This document shows, piece by piece, positions 12,217 through 24,764 of a DNA stretch of 64,000 nt. The stretch spans positions 20,398,001 to 20,462,000 of the forward strand of contig OX597823.1 of NCBI GenBank assembly GCA_951406725.2, read 5' to 3'. This DNA comes from Octopus vulgaris. Taxonomy: Eukaryota. The stretch's first letter is position 1; each line of letters begins with the position of its first letter. The notes below the pieces were generated by a model. It saw only the letters and a program-made list of their open reading frames with translations, did not search any database and had not been told where the DNA came from. A program made the translations under genes and the position numbers.

Positions 12217-14685
12217 TAGACATGCACACACACACACACACATACACACAAGTCTCATGTTGTGAGAACGCATGGTAATGGTGTTTCCTTACTTCTTCAA
12301 ATATACCAAAATTTAAAATGATCTAATATAACGATATCAGTCATACGGCATGCGTTAAAATATGCCAAAACAATTTATTTCCTCACAAATTTGTTATTTT
12401 ACATATAATTTATGTATTAATTCATTCCATTTATTGAACCATTCTAAAAATCATATTTGGCTTTAAAGTAGTATCTCCTTGTAGATACAATTGTCAGTAA
12501 TAATGCTGTGTCCAGTTCTCCCAGCCAATATTTTTACATCAGCCTTCTTTGAAACTCTAGATAATGTAACATACAGCTGACCATGTGAGAAGAATTGTGG
12601 CGGAATATATATTCCAATTTGTTCAAAAGTCTGTCCTTGAGCCTTGTTACACGTCAAGGCAAAAGCTGGCTTGACAGCGAATAAATGTGAATGGAAATTC
12701 TATTTCTTAAGATAACCAATGTAAGACTTCTTACAGAAAGTCATTCTGACGAAAGAGGGTTTGCTAATCACCTTCTACATGTAGGAAATGGTAACGTTTC
12801 TGTTGAACAAAACCTAGGTGAATTCAAAGTCAAGTACAGAATTCTTCCTTCTTTACCATTTGTGGACCGGACAACTGTATCAAAAACTGATCATTGCTCA
12901 CTATTCAAAGTTGGCAGAAGATCATTAATGGTTCGTTACAGTTGTTCTTGAGTAAAAATGGTTTCTTCTCTAACTACACATGGAATATCGTCTACGTCAA
13001 TCATATATCGAAGAATACCAAAGTGCTTGTAGACATCAAAGCCATCAATTTCAAGCCTTTCCTGGATTTTCATGCGAACAATGTTTAATGTCCGTTCAGA
13101 GAGGACTACGTTATGATTCTGATGTATGATATCTTCGGCAAGATAATTCTTCCTTCCATTCATCCAAGAAAACAGGAAGATCATTTGGCAAGCAGTACAA
13201 TAAAATTGTACAAAATAGCTCATGGAGATGAGGACCAAACATAAATGATGGCGCTACTTCTATAACACTGTCTTTTTTTCTATCATCATCCAGCAGGCCA
13301 ATTGTCATGCATGCTTCTTGAAATTTTGTTATTCAAGAATATCAAATGTCCTCAAATCCTTGGAAGTAACCACCATTCTGGAAATTTCTCCTTCTATACG
13401 AAGGAAAGGAATTTTAAGTCACAAATGTTGTCTGTTGAAATCGCTTGTGATAACCTTTTGAGCAATGGCGATTTTCTCCCATACCTTCCATGCATGACGA
13501 AAGCATATTAGCCTCCCTCACGACATGGATCATGAATATTGCAGGATGTTGAGCTCATTACCAGGGGTTGATCTCTTTATCTCACAACACACTACTTCAT
13601 CAATGGCATCTCTCTTCTTGGGTTTGCCGTCTTCAGCTATTATCAGCAGAATGTGAGCATGAGTGAGGCCTAGTTTCTGTCATTCAGTGGTAATAGAATG
13701 AGCAATCACTTTACTGGGTATATTATGTTTGAGTAGGCTATCAATGAGACTGTCATATTTTAGCTTGAAAATATTTGCAAAATATCTGGGCGGTCTCTAG
13801 GTACTTCACCAGGATCCAGACGGTATTTTGTTTTATTTCATCCCAGTTAGGTTTTGTTGTGATTGTAATGAAATAAGTAAATTTTTCCCTTGTATCGAAC
13901 CACAGTCTTTGAATTCTGGAACCAGTCATTGTAAAATGGAAGAGAACCATATATTGAAGGAGGTAGAACAGCTCGTCTGCCTGCATTAATTTCATCATTT
14001 TTACTTACTGCATCATGTAGACCGTGATATCCTTCTGCTCGTATAATTGATTGATTATTGTTGGCCCATCTCAAGCGACTGTTCTCCATTTTTGCCTGAG
14101 CACATGTAGTACATTGTTGCATTAATCGCCTGCTTCTCATCACACTTGAAAGCGATAACAATAGAACTCAGTGACAGAAGATTTACGATTGTCTCCCCTT
14201 TTTAAACCTGTCTGAAATCCATCCTCCTCTCGGGGAAATAGCGGTACATAATGCAGAAGATCATATGATTGATGCAACTGATGGATTCTTTGTAGACTAC
14301 CACCTCTTTTGTGAACAATAACATCCAAGTGGCCAGCACTTGCTTGCCCCCTGGAAAATAGCAGCAATATCTGAATCCATTTGAAGATTGTAAGTTCGAC
14401 AATGTGAATTAAAGGGTTTGTTATTCTTGTCAGTGTGTAAAAGAATATCGAAATCGTTTTAAGCCACAGTTTCAATGGCTGTTCTGAAACCCCGTATGTA
14501 TTGCATTGGTGCAAGTTATCCTGTATCGCTTTCAAAATCTCACTGTTTAAATTTCTATGCCACAGATCGTTCTCAAGTTCATTATCTGTATCATAGAAGT
14601 AGAAGCAAGATAGAGATTTCAATTCAGCAGCCAATATGTAAGCTTTGCAGTATGAACAAACATTGCCAAAGAGACTCTCTGCATT

Positions 14686-15074
14686 GATTGGAAGCACTCC
14701 GTCGGTTACGACGACGAGGGTTCCGGTTGATCCGAATCAACGGAACAGCCTGCTCGTGAAATTAACGTCTAAGTGGCTGAGCACTCCACAGACACGTGTA
14801 ACCTTAACGTAGTTCTCGGGGATATTCAGCGTGACACAGAGAGTGACAAGGCCGGACCTTTGAAATACAGGTACAACAGAAACAGGAAGTAAGAGTGAGA
14901 GAAAGTTGTTGTGAAAGAGTACAGCGGGGATCACCACCATCCCCTGCCGGAGCCTCGTGGAGCTTTTAGGTGTTTTCGCTCAATAAACACTCACAACGCT
15001 CGGTCTGGGAATCGAAACCGCGATCCTATGACCACGAGTCCGCTGCCCTAACCACTGGGCCATTGCGCCTCCAC
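14686..15074 (-). mobile_element. SINE family B nested in the Helitron, 10-bp TSD
   Basis: TSD tctctgcatt at 14676-14685 and 15075-15084. Confidence 0.93.
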
Positions 15075-15300
15075 TCTCTGCATTATGTGGCTGTACAATA
15101 AGACAGAAGTGTCTGTTCTAGAAAATTATTGAAACTGCCGTTCATTGCTAATCCTTTAACAGAATTCTTCCTAGTTTGACAATTTTTTCGTCTCTACGCC
15201 CGCTGTAAATATTGGGTTTCGTCTTTCAGCACCCTGTTTGTAGGCACTGCTGTTTCTGTTTGTATCTCACTGAAGTTTGAAAGGCTTCCCATTTGATACT

Positions 15301-15541
15301 TATTTCTTTATTACCCACAAGGGGCTAAACATAGAGGGTACAAACAAGGACAGATATAGGTATTAAGTCGATTACATCGACCCCAGTGCGAAACTGGTAC
15401 TTATTTAATCGACCCCGAAAGGATGAAAGGCAAAGTCGACCTCGGCGGAATTTGAACTCAGAACGTAACGGCAGACGAAATACGGCTACGCATTTCGCCC
15501 GGCGTGCTAACGTTTCTGCCAGCTCGCCGCCTTATACGGCA
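15301..15541 (-). mobile_element. SINE family C nested in the Helitron, 14-bp TSD
   Basis: TSD tcccatttgatact at 15287-15300 and 15542-15555. Confidence 0.9.
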
Positions 15542-15942
15542 TCCCATTTGATACTGTTTATCAATAGGGCAGCTGAACAGTCACTAACTCTGGAAGCTGA
15601 CTCAGTGTCTTATTTTGAAGTAGAATATTCTCCTCTCGAGATACCCTAAACACTCGGTCATGTGTAGCGGAAACAGAATCATGTCTATGTCTCTGTGCAT
15701 AGTCAGACATTTGCTTCGGTCGCTTTGCCCTGGTTTCATCTGATTCAGTTGCCCGTCTCTCTGTCTGCCGTTGTGCCTTCGCAGCTAAATCTTCTTCAGC
15801 CGCATATTTTTTTGGACGCTTCATGTTGAATTGCAAAATTCTAATGTGAAATTTGTGTAATAACGATATCAAACCTGGAGTGTGTATGTTTATATTAGTG
15901 AGAACTTACTTGGAAGAGGATGCGTGGCGTTCGATCATATAA

Positions 15943-16240
15943 TAATATAAGTGATATATAAATATATGCATATATACATACATATATGTACATACCTACA
16001 TATATATGTATTTATACATGCGTATATGGGTACAGGATATAAAAAAAACGTTGAACGCAATGAGAAACGAAAACGTAAAAACAAATTCGTATCTATGTTT
16101 TTGTTTTTATGTTTTCGTTTCTCATTGTGTTCAACGTTTTTTGATGTCCTGTACCCATACATTGTATATACATATATATGTAGGTATGTACATATATGTG
16201 TATATATATATATGCATATATTTATATATTATTTATATTA
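15943..16240. repeat. foldback palindrome with ~140-bp arms
   Basis: tatgggtacagga...aacgttgaacgcaatgagaaacgaaaac is mirrored by gttttcgtttctcattgtgttcaacgtt...tcctgtacccata around position 16090. Confidence 0.88.
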
Positions 16241-16503
16241 TTTTATATTAGAGAGACAGTGTGTATGCGTATGTGTGTGTGGGGGAAGAGAGAGACAGAG
16301 AGAGGGAGGCAAATGGAGAAAGAGAGAGAGAGAGAGAGAGTCAGTGAGAACATTGCAAACAATGAATGAAATAAGTATGAAATGAAAAAATCGTATAAGT
16401 AAAAGCTCGTTAAAAACTATCTTGTTCAGTGTGCTAGAAATAGCAGCGATCACATAGTTATGATTGTAAGGCTTATAGTGTTGCAGCAGCCATATCAACA
16501 AAA

Positions 16504-16820
16504 TCACTTCTCAAAAAAAAAAAAAGAAAATACCAGTATATTAAAAAAATCCTCATTTTATCAAAAAACTATTCATTTAACAAACCTCGGAAAATGATAA
16601 TATCCTTGAAATTTTTCGTCGTATCAAAGTTATACAGCTATTTTGTCTAGTAGCATGCATTTACTGAACATAAAGTCACTTCTTCATCTAAAAAAAATAT
16701 ATGAAATCATACCGGTATTTTCAAAATTTTTCATTTTATCAAAAATATTAATTTAACAAACATCCGGAAATTGATAGTATTCTTAAAATTGTGTCTCGTA
16801 TCAAAGTTATACAACTATTA
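16504..16820. repeat. diverged tandem duplication with a period of about 175 bp
   Basis: tcacttct...atacc.gtat...tcattttatcaaaaa...atttaacaaac...cgtatcaaagttataca.ctatt occurs twice. Confidence 0.75.
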
Positions 16821-16842
16821 TTAAATTATCTTTAATGAAGAT

Positions 16843-16875
<33 letters not shown>

Positions 16876-17122
16876 TGAGATAATGTTGCAAATGAAAATG
16901 GAAAATATCGCCTACAACAAATTAACATAGTTTATGCAGTGAATGCAACGAATATTTAAATTTGTGAAAAATTGCAGTACACAAATTCAATATACTTCAG
17001 AAATTATAGGAACGTTCTTGTAACATACATTCATAAAAAATTTTCCAGACGCTCAAGTTTTTAATAATTGCTTTCTTTTAGTACTTTTAGTAACTGATCC
17101 ATAGCAATAAGCAGCATTCTCC

Positions 17123-17169
<47 letters not shown>

Positions 17170-17170
<1 letters not shown>

Positions 17171-17565
17171 TAGCAGTATCGCCCGGCGTTGCTCGGGTTT
17201 GTAAGGGAAATAACTATATAAGAATTTTTAGAGAGTTATAGCCAAAAAATAGCAAAAAATACATTAAAAATGGAAAAAAATGATGGTAAATTTTTTTAAA
17301 AATCGTTGACTCATCGTAGACATTTTTAGAGAGTTACTTCCCTTATATAATACCGAAAAAATGCATTAAAATGGAAAAAAATGATGGTAAATTTTTTTCA
17401 AAATCGTAGACTCATCGTAGACGCGCGCTAATACCCAGAAGGGCTCGATATGAATCACGACTATAAGATACCCGCTTTTGGTTAAACTGCACCGCAAAAT
17501 GTGGGAGTAGTTAGGAATCTAAATCGTAGGAGACAGACACACAACTTGACTTTTATATATATAGA
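17170..17565 (-). mobile_element. non-autonomous Helitron family N1
   Basis: On the minus strand: 5' TC, 3' hairpin cccgagcaacgccggg plus CTAG, inserted between A and T with no TSD; 4 copies. Confidence 0.88.
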
Positions 17566-17686
17566 TATATGTAAATTTAAAATAATAAGGGTAAAAAATT
17601 GAATATTAATTTGATTAATATCAATTTAAAACCAATGACCTAGCATATTGAAAAGTCTGAAGATTCAGAAAAATTATATTACATAC

Positions 17687-17856
17687 ATATAAGAGGGATA
17701 TAAGTGGACATCCATTATGCTAGAAGTAGACCCCCCCAATGGTCTTACCACTAAGAAAGAATTGATTCTTGAGAACAATCGTTTCTTAGTGATAAGACAA
17801 TAGGGGGTCTACTTCTTGCATAATGGATGTCCACTTAGTGGCCATCCCTCTTATAT
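17687..17856. repeat. foldback palindrome with ~80-bp arms and almost no loop
   Basis: atataagagggat...taagtggacatccattatgc.agaagtagacccc...cactaagaaa is mirrored around position 17770. Confidence 0.9.
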
Positions 17857-18023
17857 ATATATATAACTACAATGTAGGCAGCGGTAAGCAATGTGTACCA
17901 AAAAGGAAGGCTATAACCCTCATTAAATATGTGCTTTGACTGCGGTATTTGAGCGTTTAGCTCATATTTTTAGCAATGTAGGTGTATCTAAAATGCCCTC
18001 AGTCATATTCAATGACGGTTATA

Positions 18024-18086
<63 letters not shown>

Positions 18087-18234
18087 CATTTTAATTTAAA
18101 TGTTCTGAACCATTTCAATCTAAAATGTTTGCCATGTGGCACAGAGTGTCGTGCAGAGTGATGCTGTCCAAGAAATTACGTAAACGGTACACTTATCCCA
18201 TGCATTAATGGTTCCAGACTTTTGTTTCACGGAG

Positions 18235-18425
18235 AGGGATTTCAGGGAAGTGAACAAGTGGATTGTATAAACCCAAGTAGTTGTCGGGTACTTATTTTAT
18301 CGAGACCTAAAGGATTACAGGTAAAGTCGACCTCGGCAGAGTTTGAAATCAAAACGCTAAAATCCGGAAGAAATGCTGCAAAACATTTTGTCCGGTGTGC
18401 CCATGATTCTGTCAGGTCGCGGCCT
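18235..18425 (-). mobile_element. decayed SINE family C
   Basis: gtacttattttatcga...aaagtcgacctcggcagagtttgaa...ccggaagaaatgc. Confidence 0.7.
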
Positions 18426-18521
18426 TTATCACTTGCGTAATTGAGTTAGCATTTCAGTTGATCGAAATTCTGCAATACTCATTCCTCGAAACTGACGGAG
18501 ATCCATTTATTTATTTTAGGA

Positions 18522-18956
18522 AGCGCAGGAGTGACTGTGTGGTAAGTAGCTAGCTTACCAAGCACATGGTTCCGCGTTCAGTTCCACTGCATGGCACTTT
18601 GGGCAAGTGTCTTCTACTATAGCCTCGGGCCGACCAAAGCCTTGTGAGTGGATTTGGTAGACGGAAACTGAAAGAAGCCCGTCGTATATATGTATATATA
18701 TGTGTGTGTATGTGTGTGTATGTGTGTGTGTGTGTGTGTGCGTGTTTGTGCGTCTGTGTTTGTCCCCCCAACGTCGCTTGGCAACCGATGCTGGATTTGT
18801 TTACGTCCCCGTAACTTAGCGGTTCGGCAAAAGAGACCGATAGAATAAGTACTAGGCTTACAAATGATAAATCGCGGGACCGATTTGCTCGACTAAAGGC
18901 GGTTCTCCAGCATGGTCACAGTCAAATGACTGAAACAAGTAAAAGAATAAAAGAAT
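18522..18956 (+). mobile_element. SINE family A, full length
   Basis: Matches 2211-2622. Confidence 0.92.
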
Positions 18957-18959
18957 ATA

Positions 18960-19354
18960 TCTTTATATATAAAAGTAAGGTTGTGTGTCTGTCTACTCCG
19001 ATTTAGATTCCTAACTACTCCCACATTTTGCGGTGCAGTTTAACCAAAAGCGGGTATCTTATAGTCGTGATTCATATCGAGCCCTTCTGGGTATTAGCGC
19101 GCGTCTACAATGAGTCTACGATTTTTAAAATAATTTACCATCATTTTTTTCCATTTTAATGCATATTTTTTTAAATATAAGGGAAGTAACTCTCTAAAAA
19201 TGTCTACGATGAGTCAACTATTTAAAAAAAAATTTACCATCATATTTTTTCCATTTTTAATGCATTTTTTTGCTATTTTTTGGCTATAACTCTCTAAAAA
19301 TGCTTTATAGTTATTTCCCTTACAAACCCGAGCAACGCCGGGCGATACTGCTAG
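18960..19354 (+). mobile_element. non-autonomous Helitron family N1
   Basis: a|TCtttatatataaaag ... cccgagcaacgccggg cgatactg CTAG|t. Confidence 0.9.
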
Positions 19355-19928
19355 TTTTTAATATCAATCAAAGACGAAATATAGGACAGGGTTAGAAACG
19401 AATTGTGTTTATAAAAGTAATACTGTAGCAGGCTGATCAATAGAATGATGTTTGTTATGTTGAGAGAAAAGAATAGAGTTGAAAAGTGGTGATCTAGATC
19501 TAGTTATGAGAATAAAGGAACTTAATTAATTTCTATGGGAATAATAACGGGGTTGGGCGGACGATACTTCTATTTTGTTTAATCACAAGATTTTTGTTGA
19601 AGGGAGAATTAGAGTTTTTTTTTTCTTTAATTAAAATGCTAAAATCATTACTATTACGGTTATTTAATCACAGTGAACTTAGATGAAATTAATGAATATT
19701 GAATAAATATGATTAAAATATTCTTAAAGTATGGTTGTCGGACTTTTAACGTATAGGATTGTTAGAGGGAGAAGGAATTGGGGTTTGATTGTTAACAATG
19801 AGGATATAGCTGAAAAGACGTGTGTCTATATTTGTATGTGCGTATGTGCTTCAGCGCATGTGCGTATGTGCTTCAGCGCGTGTGCGTGAGCACGTGTTTG
19901 TGTACGTGTGTATATGTGTTAGGAAGTT

Positions 19929-19964
<36 letters not shown>

Positions 19965-20057
19965 GAGTGAGTATGTGTTGTAGTTATGAAGGTTGTTAAA
20001 GCCAGGTGAAAATCATTTTTGGGAAGGAATTGTGTTTCAGTCTTCTTGGAATAACTA

Positions 20058-20291
20058 CAGTAATCTCTCGCCATATCGCGGTTCACCTATCGCGGTTCAC
20101 ATATCGCGGTTTATTATATAAGCTTACGCTGATTCTTCCAAGATGTTTTGCATTTATAATAAAATAAATATGTACAAATTATAAAAATAATAAAAGAAAA
20201 TATACAGTACATTAGTGTTTCTCTTTCACGGATTTTCACTTATCGCGGGGTGTTTGAGAACGTAACACCCTCCATAGTCTAGGGATTACTG
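20058..20291. mobile_element. Tc1/mariner (pogo/Tigger-like) MITE
   Basis: TIRs cagtaatctctcg / ctagggattactg; TA on the left flank; internal tatcgcgg subrepeats. Confidence 0.75.
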
Positions 20292-21041
20292 CATAACATT
20301 CTGTTTAGTAAAGTAATGTTATTTAGAGCAGAATAATGAGAATAGAACTACGAGTTTGTGGTTAACATTACTAGTAAATTAATTGAGTTTAGAATAATTA
20401 AATGAAATAACATGAAATTAATAATGGAGTGTGTGGACGTTAGTTGTAAGGTTTCAGAGGGTGGATCATTTGAAGTCTCATATTAAAACGGCAATGGTAG
20501 TTAATAACGCCGAAATTAGATTGGATTAATTAATTCAACAGAACAAAGATAGAAATTGTTAGCTTATGATCAGTTCGTTATTAAAGTTGCATGATTCACA
20601 ATATTATATAAAGGTAAAACGTGGACATTAGCAAACGTATTATCAATCAAATTAAGAGCATTTGAGATGTAGGCGTATAGAAGGCTTTTGTGAATATCAT
20701 AGCAGAATAGAATAGAACAGAACAGACTAGAATAGAATAGAACAGAAGAAAAACAATGATTGGAATATTAAAGATGGTACAAGAAAAAAAAAAAAAGGAA
20801 ATGACTAAGAAAATTTGTATAAAACATTATCAAAGATGGAAGACTGAAATATTTTGGATAATAATTAGATGAAGAATTACAGAGACGGTTAATAGATAGG
20901 AAGAAATAAATAGCAAAAATAGCAAAATATGAAGAAATAAAACCAATTGTTAGGACAGATTTTAAGTAAACACAATAAAGACAATAGGAAGAACAGGAAT
21001 GGGAATATATAGTGTTCAACCTGCTAAGAGTACGCGAAACC

Positions 21042-21465
21042 TGATGATGAAGATGATGATGGTAGTGATGATGATGATGGTAATGATGATGATGATGATG
21101 ATGATAATGGTAGTGAGGATGACGATGATGATGACGAGAACGATGATGGTAGTGGTGGTGATTGATGGTGGTGTTGATTGATGGTGGTGTTGATTGATGG
21201 TGGTATTGATTGATGGTGGTGTTGATTGATGGTGGTGTTGATTGATAGCGGTGGTGGTGATTGATGGTGGTAATTCATAGCGGTGAATGTGATTGATGAT
21301 GGTGGTGGTGAATGTGATTGATGGTGGTGGTGGTGATAGTGATTGATGGTGGTGGTGGTGGTGGTGATGATGACGATGATGATGACGATAATGATGATGA
21401 CAAAGACCACGGCAAGACGACGACGATGATGATGATGGTGATGATGGTTGTAGTGGTGGTGCTGG
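21042..21465. repeat. compound (GAT)n/(GGT)n trinucleotide tract
   Basis: Seen directly; source of the poly-M/H/D/T ORFs. Confidence 0.92.
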
Positions 21466-21588
21466 AGGCGGTCAAATCCTTAAGATGTTGTTTGACGAAA
21501 AAGAAAGAAAGGGAGGAAGAAGTAATTCAGTGAAGGGTTCCCATTCATACATATGCGTAAGTTCCTATTTCTATTAGCTTCACATTAG

Positions 21589-21819
21589 GGCGGCGAACTG
21601 GCAGAATCATTAGCACATCGGGCGAAATGCTTAGCGGTATTTCATCTGCCGCTACGTTCTGAGTTCAAATTCCGCCGAGGTCGACTTTGCCTTTCATCCT
21701 TTCGGGGTTGATAAATAAAGTACCAGTTTCGCACTGGGGTCGATATAATCGACTTAATCCCTTTGTCTGTCCTTGTTTGTCCCCTCTATGTTTAGCCCCT
21801 TGTGGGCAATAAAGAAATA
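21589..21819 (+). mobile_element. SINE family C, full length, 17-bp TSD
   Basis: TSD tattagcttcacattag at 21572-21588 and 21820-21836; B box gagttcaaattcc. Confidence 0.92.
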
Positions 21820-22106
21820 TATTAGCTTCACATTAGCATAATATACCTGTGAAAAAAGCTATCTATACACAGTAGCTATTAGTTAGCAGCAGCAGTAATT
21901 AATTTCAGTTCCCCCTGGGAGATGAGCTGAAGCAGGAGGTAATTTTGTTAGTGTCACACTGAAGGGTCTCCGCTGAGGGCTGGAAATATATATGGTAGTG
22001 CCTTGATTGCGAACAATATTAGTTACTTAATAATGTTTTGTTGTGCGTTAATATTTAATTTAAAACGAGGCCGGATTTGTTTACGAAAAATAGTAGGTAG
22101 TTAATT

Positions 22107-22494
22107 GGATGGAAGCACTCCGTCGGTTACGACGACGAGGGTTCCGGTTGATCCGAATCAACGGAACAGCCTGCTCGTGAAATTATCGTGTAAGTGGCTG
22201 AGCACTCCACAGACACGTGTACCCTTAACGTAGTTCTCGGGGATATTCAGCGTGACATAGAGAGTGACAAGGCCGGCCCTTTGAAATACAGGTACAACAG
22301 AAACAGGAAGTAAAAGTGAGAGAAAGTTGTGGTGAAAGAGTACAGCAGGGATCACCACCATCCACTGCCGGAGACTCGTGGAGCTTTAGGTGCTTTCGCT
22401 CAATAAACACTCACAACGCCCGGTCTGGGAATCGAAACCGCGATCCTATGACAGCGAGTCCGCTGCCCTAACCACTGGGCCATTGCGCCTCCAC
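22107..22494 (-). mobile_element. SINE family B, full length, 12-bp TSD
   Basis: TSD aggtagttaatt at 22095-22106 and 22495-22506. Confidence 0.93.
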
Positions 22495-22673
22495 AGGTAG
22501 TTAATTAACGCAATCATCTTAGGCGAAAAACAAAACGAAACGTAAACAATGTGCCGCGGCCGACCCTTGGTGTATAATGGCTCAAGAGGAAAAAATACTT
22601 TTCAAACTAGTGTATCAACTATTCGCTCACTCAGGGTTTACCCCGCACGGTAACGATTTTGGTCCATTTAAAT

Positions 22674-23022
22674 CAATGGTTCTCAACCAGGATTTGTATA
22701 ACCCCTGATGGTCCATATATATTGCTTTCGGCGTAAATTGGGGATCCACAGAAGCATTTTAAGGGTTCACGAAAAAGTTTGCTTTAGATGTATTTACTGT
22801 GAGAAACAGCTAGATTTAACGTTTCCATCTCCTGAAACGGTCTCTCAGTGAAAATATGTTGCAACCCTACACAAGTGAATGGATGAAAAACAGAACGGGA
22901 ATTTTGAAAGCAGTGTCTATAGAAATAGTTTTTAAACATTGGATGACTATGGGGTGGGGGGTCAACCAGAATGAAATGGTAATCAAAGGGGTCCGTAGGT
23001 AAAAAATGGTTGAGAACCAGTT
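22674..23022. mobile_element. hAT (Charlie-like) MITE
   Basis: TIRs caatggttctcaacc / ggttgagaaccagtt; 8-bp TSD atttaaat / atttagat. Confidence 0.8.
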
Positions 23023-23086
23023 ATTTAGATGCACTTAAAATAATCTTCATTTTAATATAGTTTAACCTCCTAAATATTCAAACCTT

Positions 23087-23305
23087 ACCGTGGCTTAGTG
23101 GTTAGGGTGTTGGACTCTTGATCGTGTGATCGTATTTTCGATTCTTGGAGTGGGTGATGCGTTGTGCTCTTAAGCAAGACACTTAATTTCACACGTTGCT
23201 CCAGTTCCCTGAGATGGTAAACGTGTGTGATCCTGCGACGGACCGGCGTCCTATCCAGTTGGGAAACATACACGCCATGGAAACCAGGGAAACGGCCTCA
23301 TTAGT
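23087..23305 (+). mobile_element. older tRNA-SINE family D (CORE-like body plus cctgcgacggaccggcgtcc module)
   Basis: A box tggcttagtgg, B box ttcgattc, gttgtgctcttaagcaagacacttaa; 3' part shared with 44560-44645. Confidence 0.75.
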
Positions 23306-23744
23306 CTATATGATTCTAATCTTAAAAAGACGGTCTCATTCAAATTCATTTATCATAAATCTTTATAAATTAACATACATTTTCAGAATTACTTCACATT
23401 TATTTAGAAAGTTATACAAAATAATCTTTTCCCACACCGGAGCATCTCGACTTTCAATGTTACTATGTATCTATCCATGTATTTACAAACCTGGGTAAGA
23501 TTTCAATGTCTAATAGTTGCCCATGTAAAAAAGTCTACTCACTTCACGCCACAGATGTTTATCCAAAAGAAAAGCCGCTGGGCACCATTATCGTTACAAG
23601 TCTTGCTTTTACAATGCCAATAACCGATACAGATACCGCAAGTGATCTCGTCTGATCCTCTAAAGATCTCACAATTCTTCTCCCACGGATTGCTTAAGAT
23701 TCAGTCCTTTATTGTAGTGTGGTGTGGTGTGGTGATTCGTGTAC

Positions 23745-24130
23745 TCCAATGACCCTGAGAGCTACGTCAGTGGAGTGCAAGATCTTGCCTATGCTAGGCA
23801 AGTCAAAAGATAGAAGTCAGATAAATGTGGACCACCTCTTCTCGGAGGTCAAAATTGATTTGCATACGAGAAAAACACTGTGAAGAAAAAAAGTAAAGTT
23901 ACAGATGCATTAGCAACAATCCAGAACCAGCACAACATGGGAGAGGAAGGCTTAAGAGAAATATATGAATCAGTGCAGTAAATTTCGAAAGGAAACCAGA
24001 ATCCTTCATTATGCATCAAGCCCTGAGATGGAATCCATAAGGGAGAAGAAAGAAAGGACGCCCTAAAAAAGACAGCCAAGTGCCGACGGCAGTGGAGAAA
24101 AGTTGTCGATAGCCTATGATCCATAAGTAG
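23745..24130 (+). mobile_element. internally deleted RTE-clade LINE remnant
   Basis: Translation QALRWNP*GRRKKGRPKK...RRQWRKVVDSL at ~24015-24115 is a typical RTE C-terminus. Confidence 0.7.
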
Positions 24131-24467
24131 AAAAGTAAAAGTTAACCTTGGAGGGATTTAATCCAGAAAGCAGAGACTCAGAGAAAATACCATGAAAATT
24201 CTAAGGTGCTAATCCATAGCCTTAATACTCAATAAGATTTAAATAATCATCAAGTCAACAACGAAACAGCTGTCAAGTCTCTCCTTGACTCAGTATTGAT
24301 GAGTCGTTCCTGTTGGTGGTGATGGAACAGAAAATACTGTTATGGTGTAATTGTTGTTGGTAGTGTTAAAAGTGTTAGTGTTGCCATAGTGTTGTCGGTG
24401 TTAGTTATTCCCCGACACCTGTCTACTTTTATATCCAGTCGACCTTTAAGAACAAGTGATCCAGATG

Positions 24468-24625
24468 CATTATTTACATTTGACTCAGGTTAGAAATTTC
24501 CCCAAGACACCTGATGAAGGTTGGAGGGTATATCAGCCAAAACATTGTGTTAGCAACAAACAAGATGAGGACAAATATCCGTCAAATGTAAATAATGTAC
24601 ATAATTGTTCATCTCTTAAATATAG
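24468..24625 (+). mobile_element. hammerhead-bearing repeat family H1 with 5' inversion and 14-bp TSD
   Basis: TSD aagtgatccagatg at 24454-24467 and 24626-24639; 24468-24484 is the reverse complement of 24581-24597; HHR motif at 24506-24551 with GAAA mutated. Confidence 0.85.
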
Positions 24626-24764
24626 AAGTGATCCAGATGTGTTTTAAATTTTTTTCTCCAGCAATAGGAGTCATAAATGCTGGTTACCCACTTTACATTT
24701 CGTATAAATGACCGAAATCACAACATTACCCCTCAATAGCCGCTGGTCCGATTCAGGGTTCAAG

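Larger units (their letters stand above)
12463..15830 (-). mobile_element. decayed autonomous Helitron (Rep HUH endonuclease plus Pif1-like helicase pseudogene)
   Basis: Rep motif 1 FITITTKPNWDEIK (~13840-13880); HUH motif E*QKLGLTHAHILL (~13645-13690); helicase C-terminus AFALTCNKAQGQT...FSHGQLYVTLSRV; CSYCKA Zn motif; many stops and frameshifts; two SINE insertions. Confidence 0.92.

Noticed and set aside
21953-22000. Hammerhead-like ctgaagg...gaaatatata
   Set aside because: Core mismatch at A9 and no convincing stem I.
24255-24280. gaaacagctgtc palindromic stem III half-motif
   Set aside because: No upstream CUGANGA; at most a truncated remnant.
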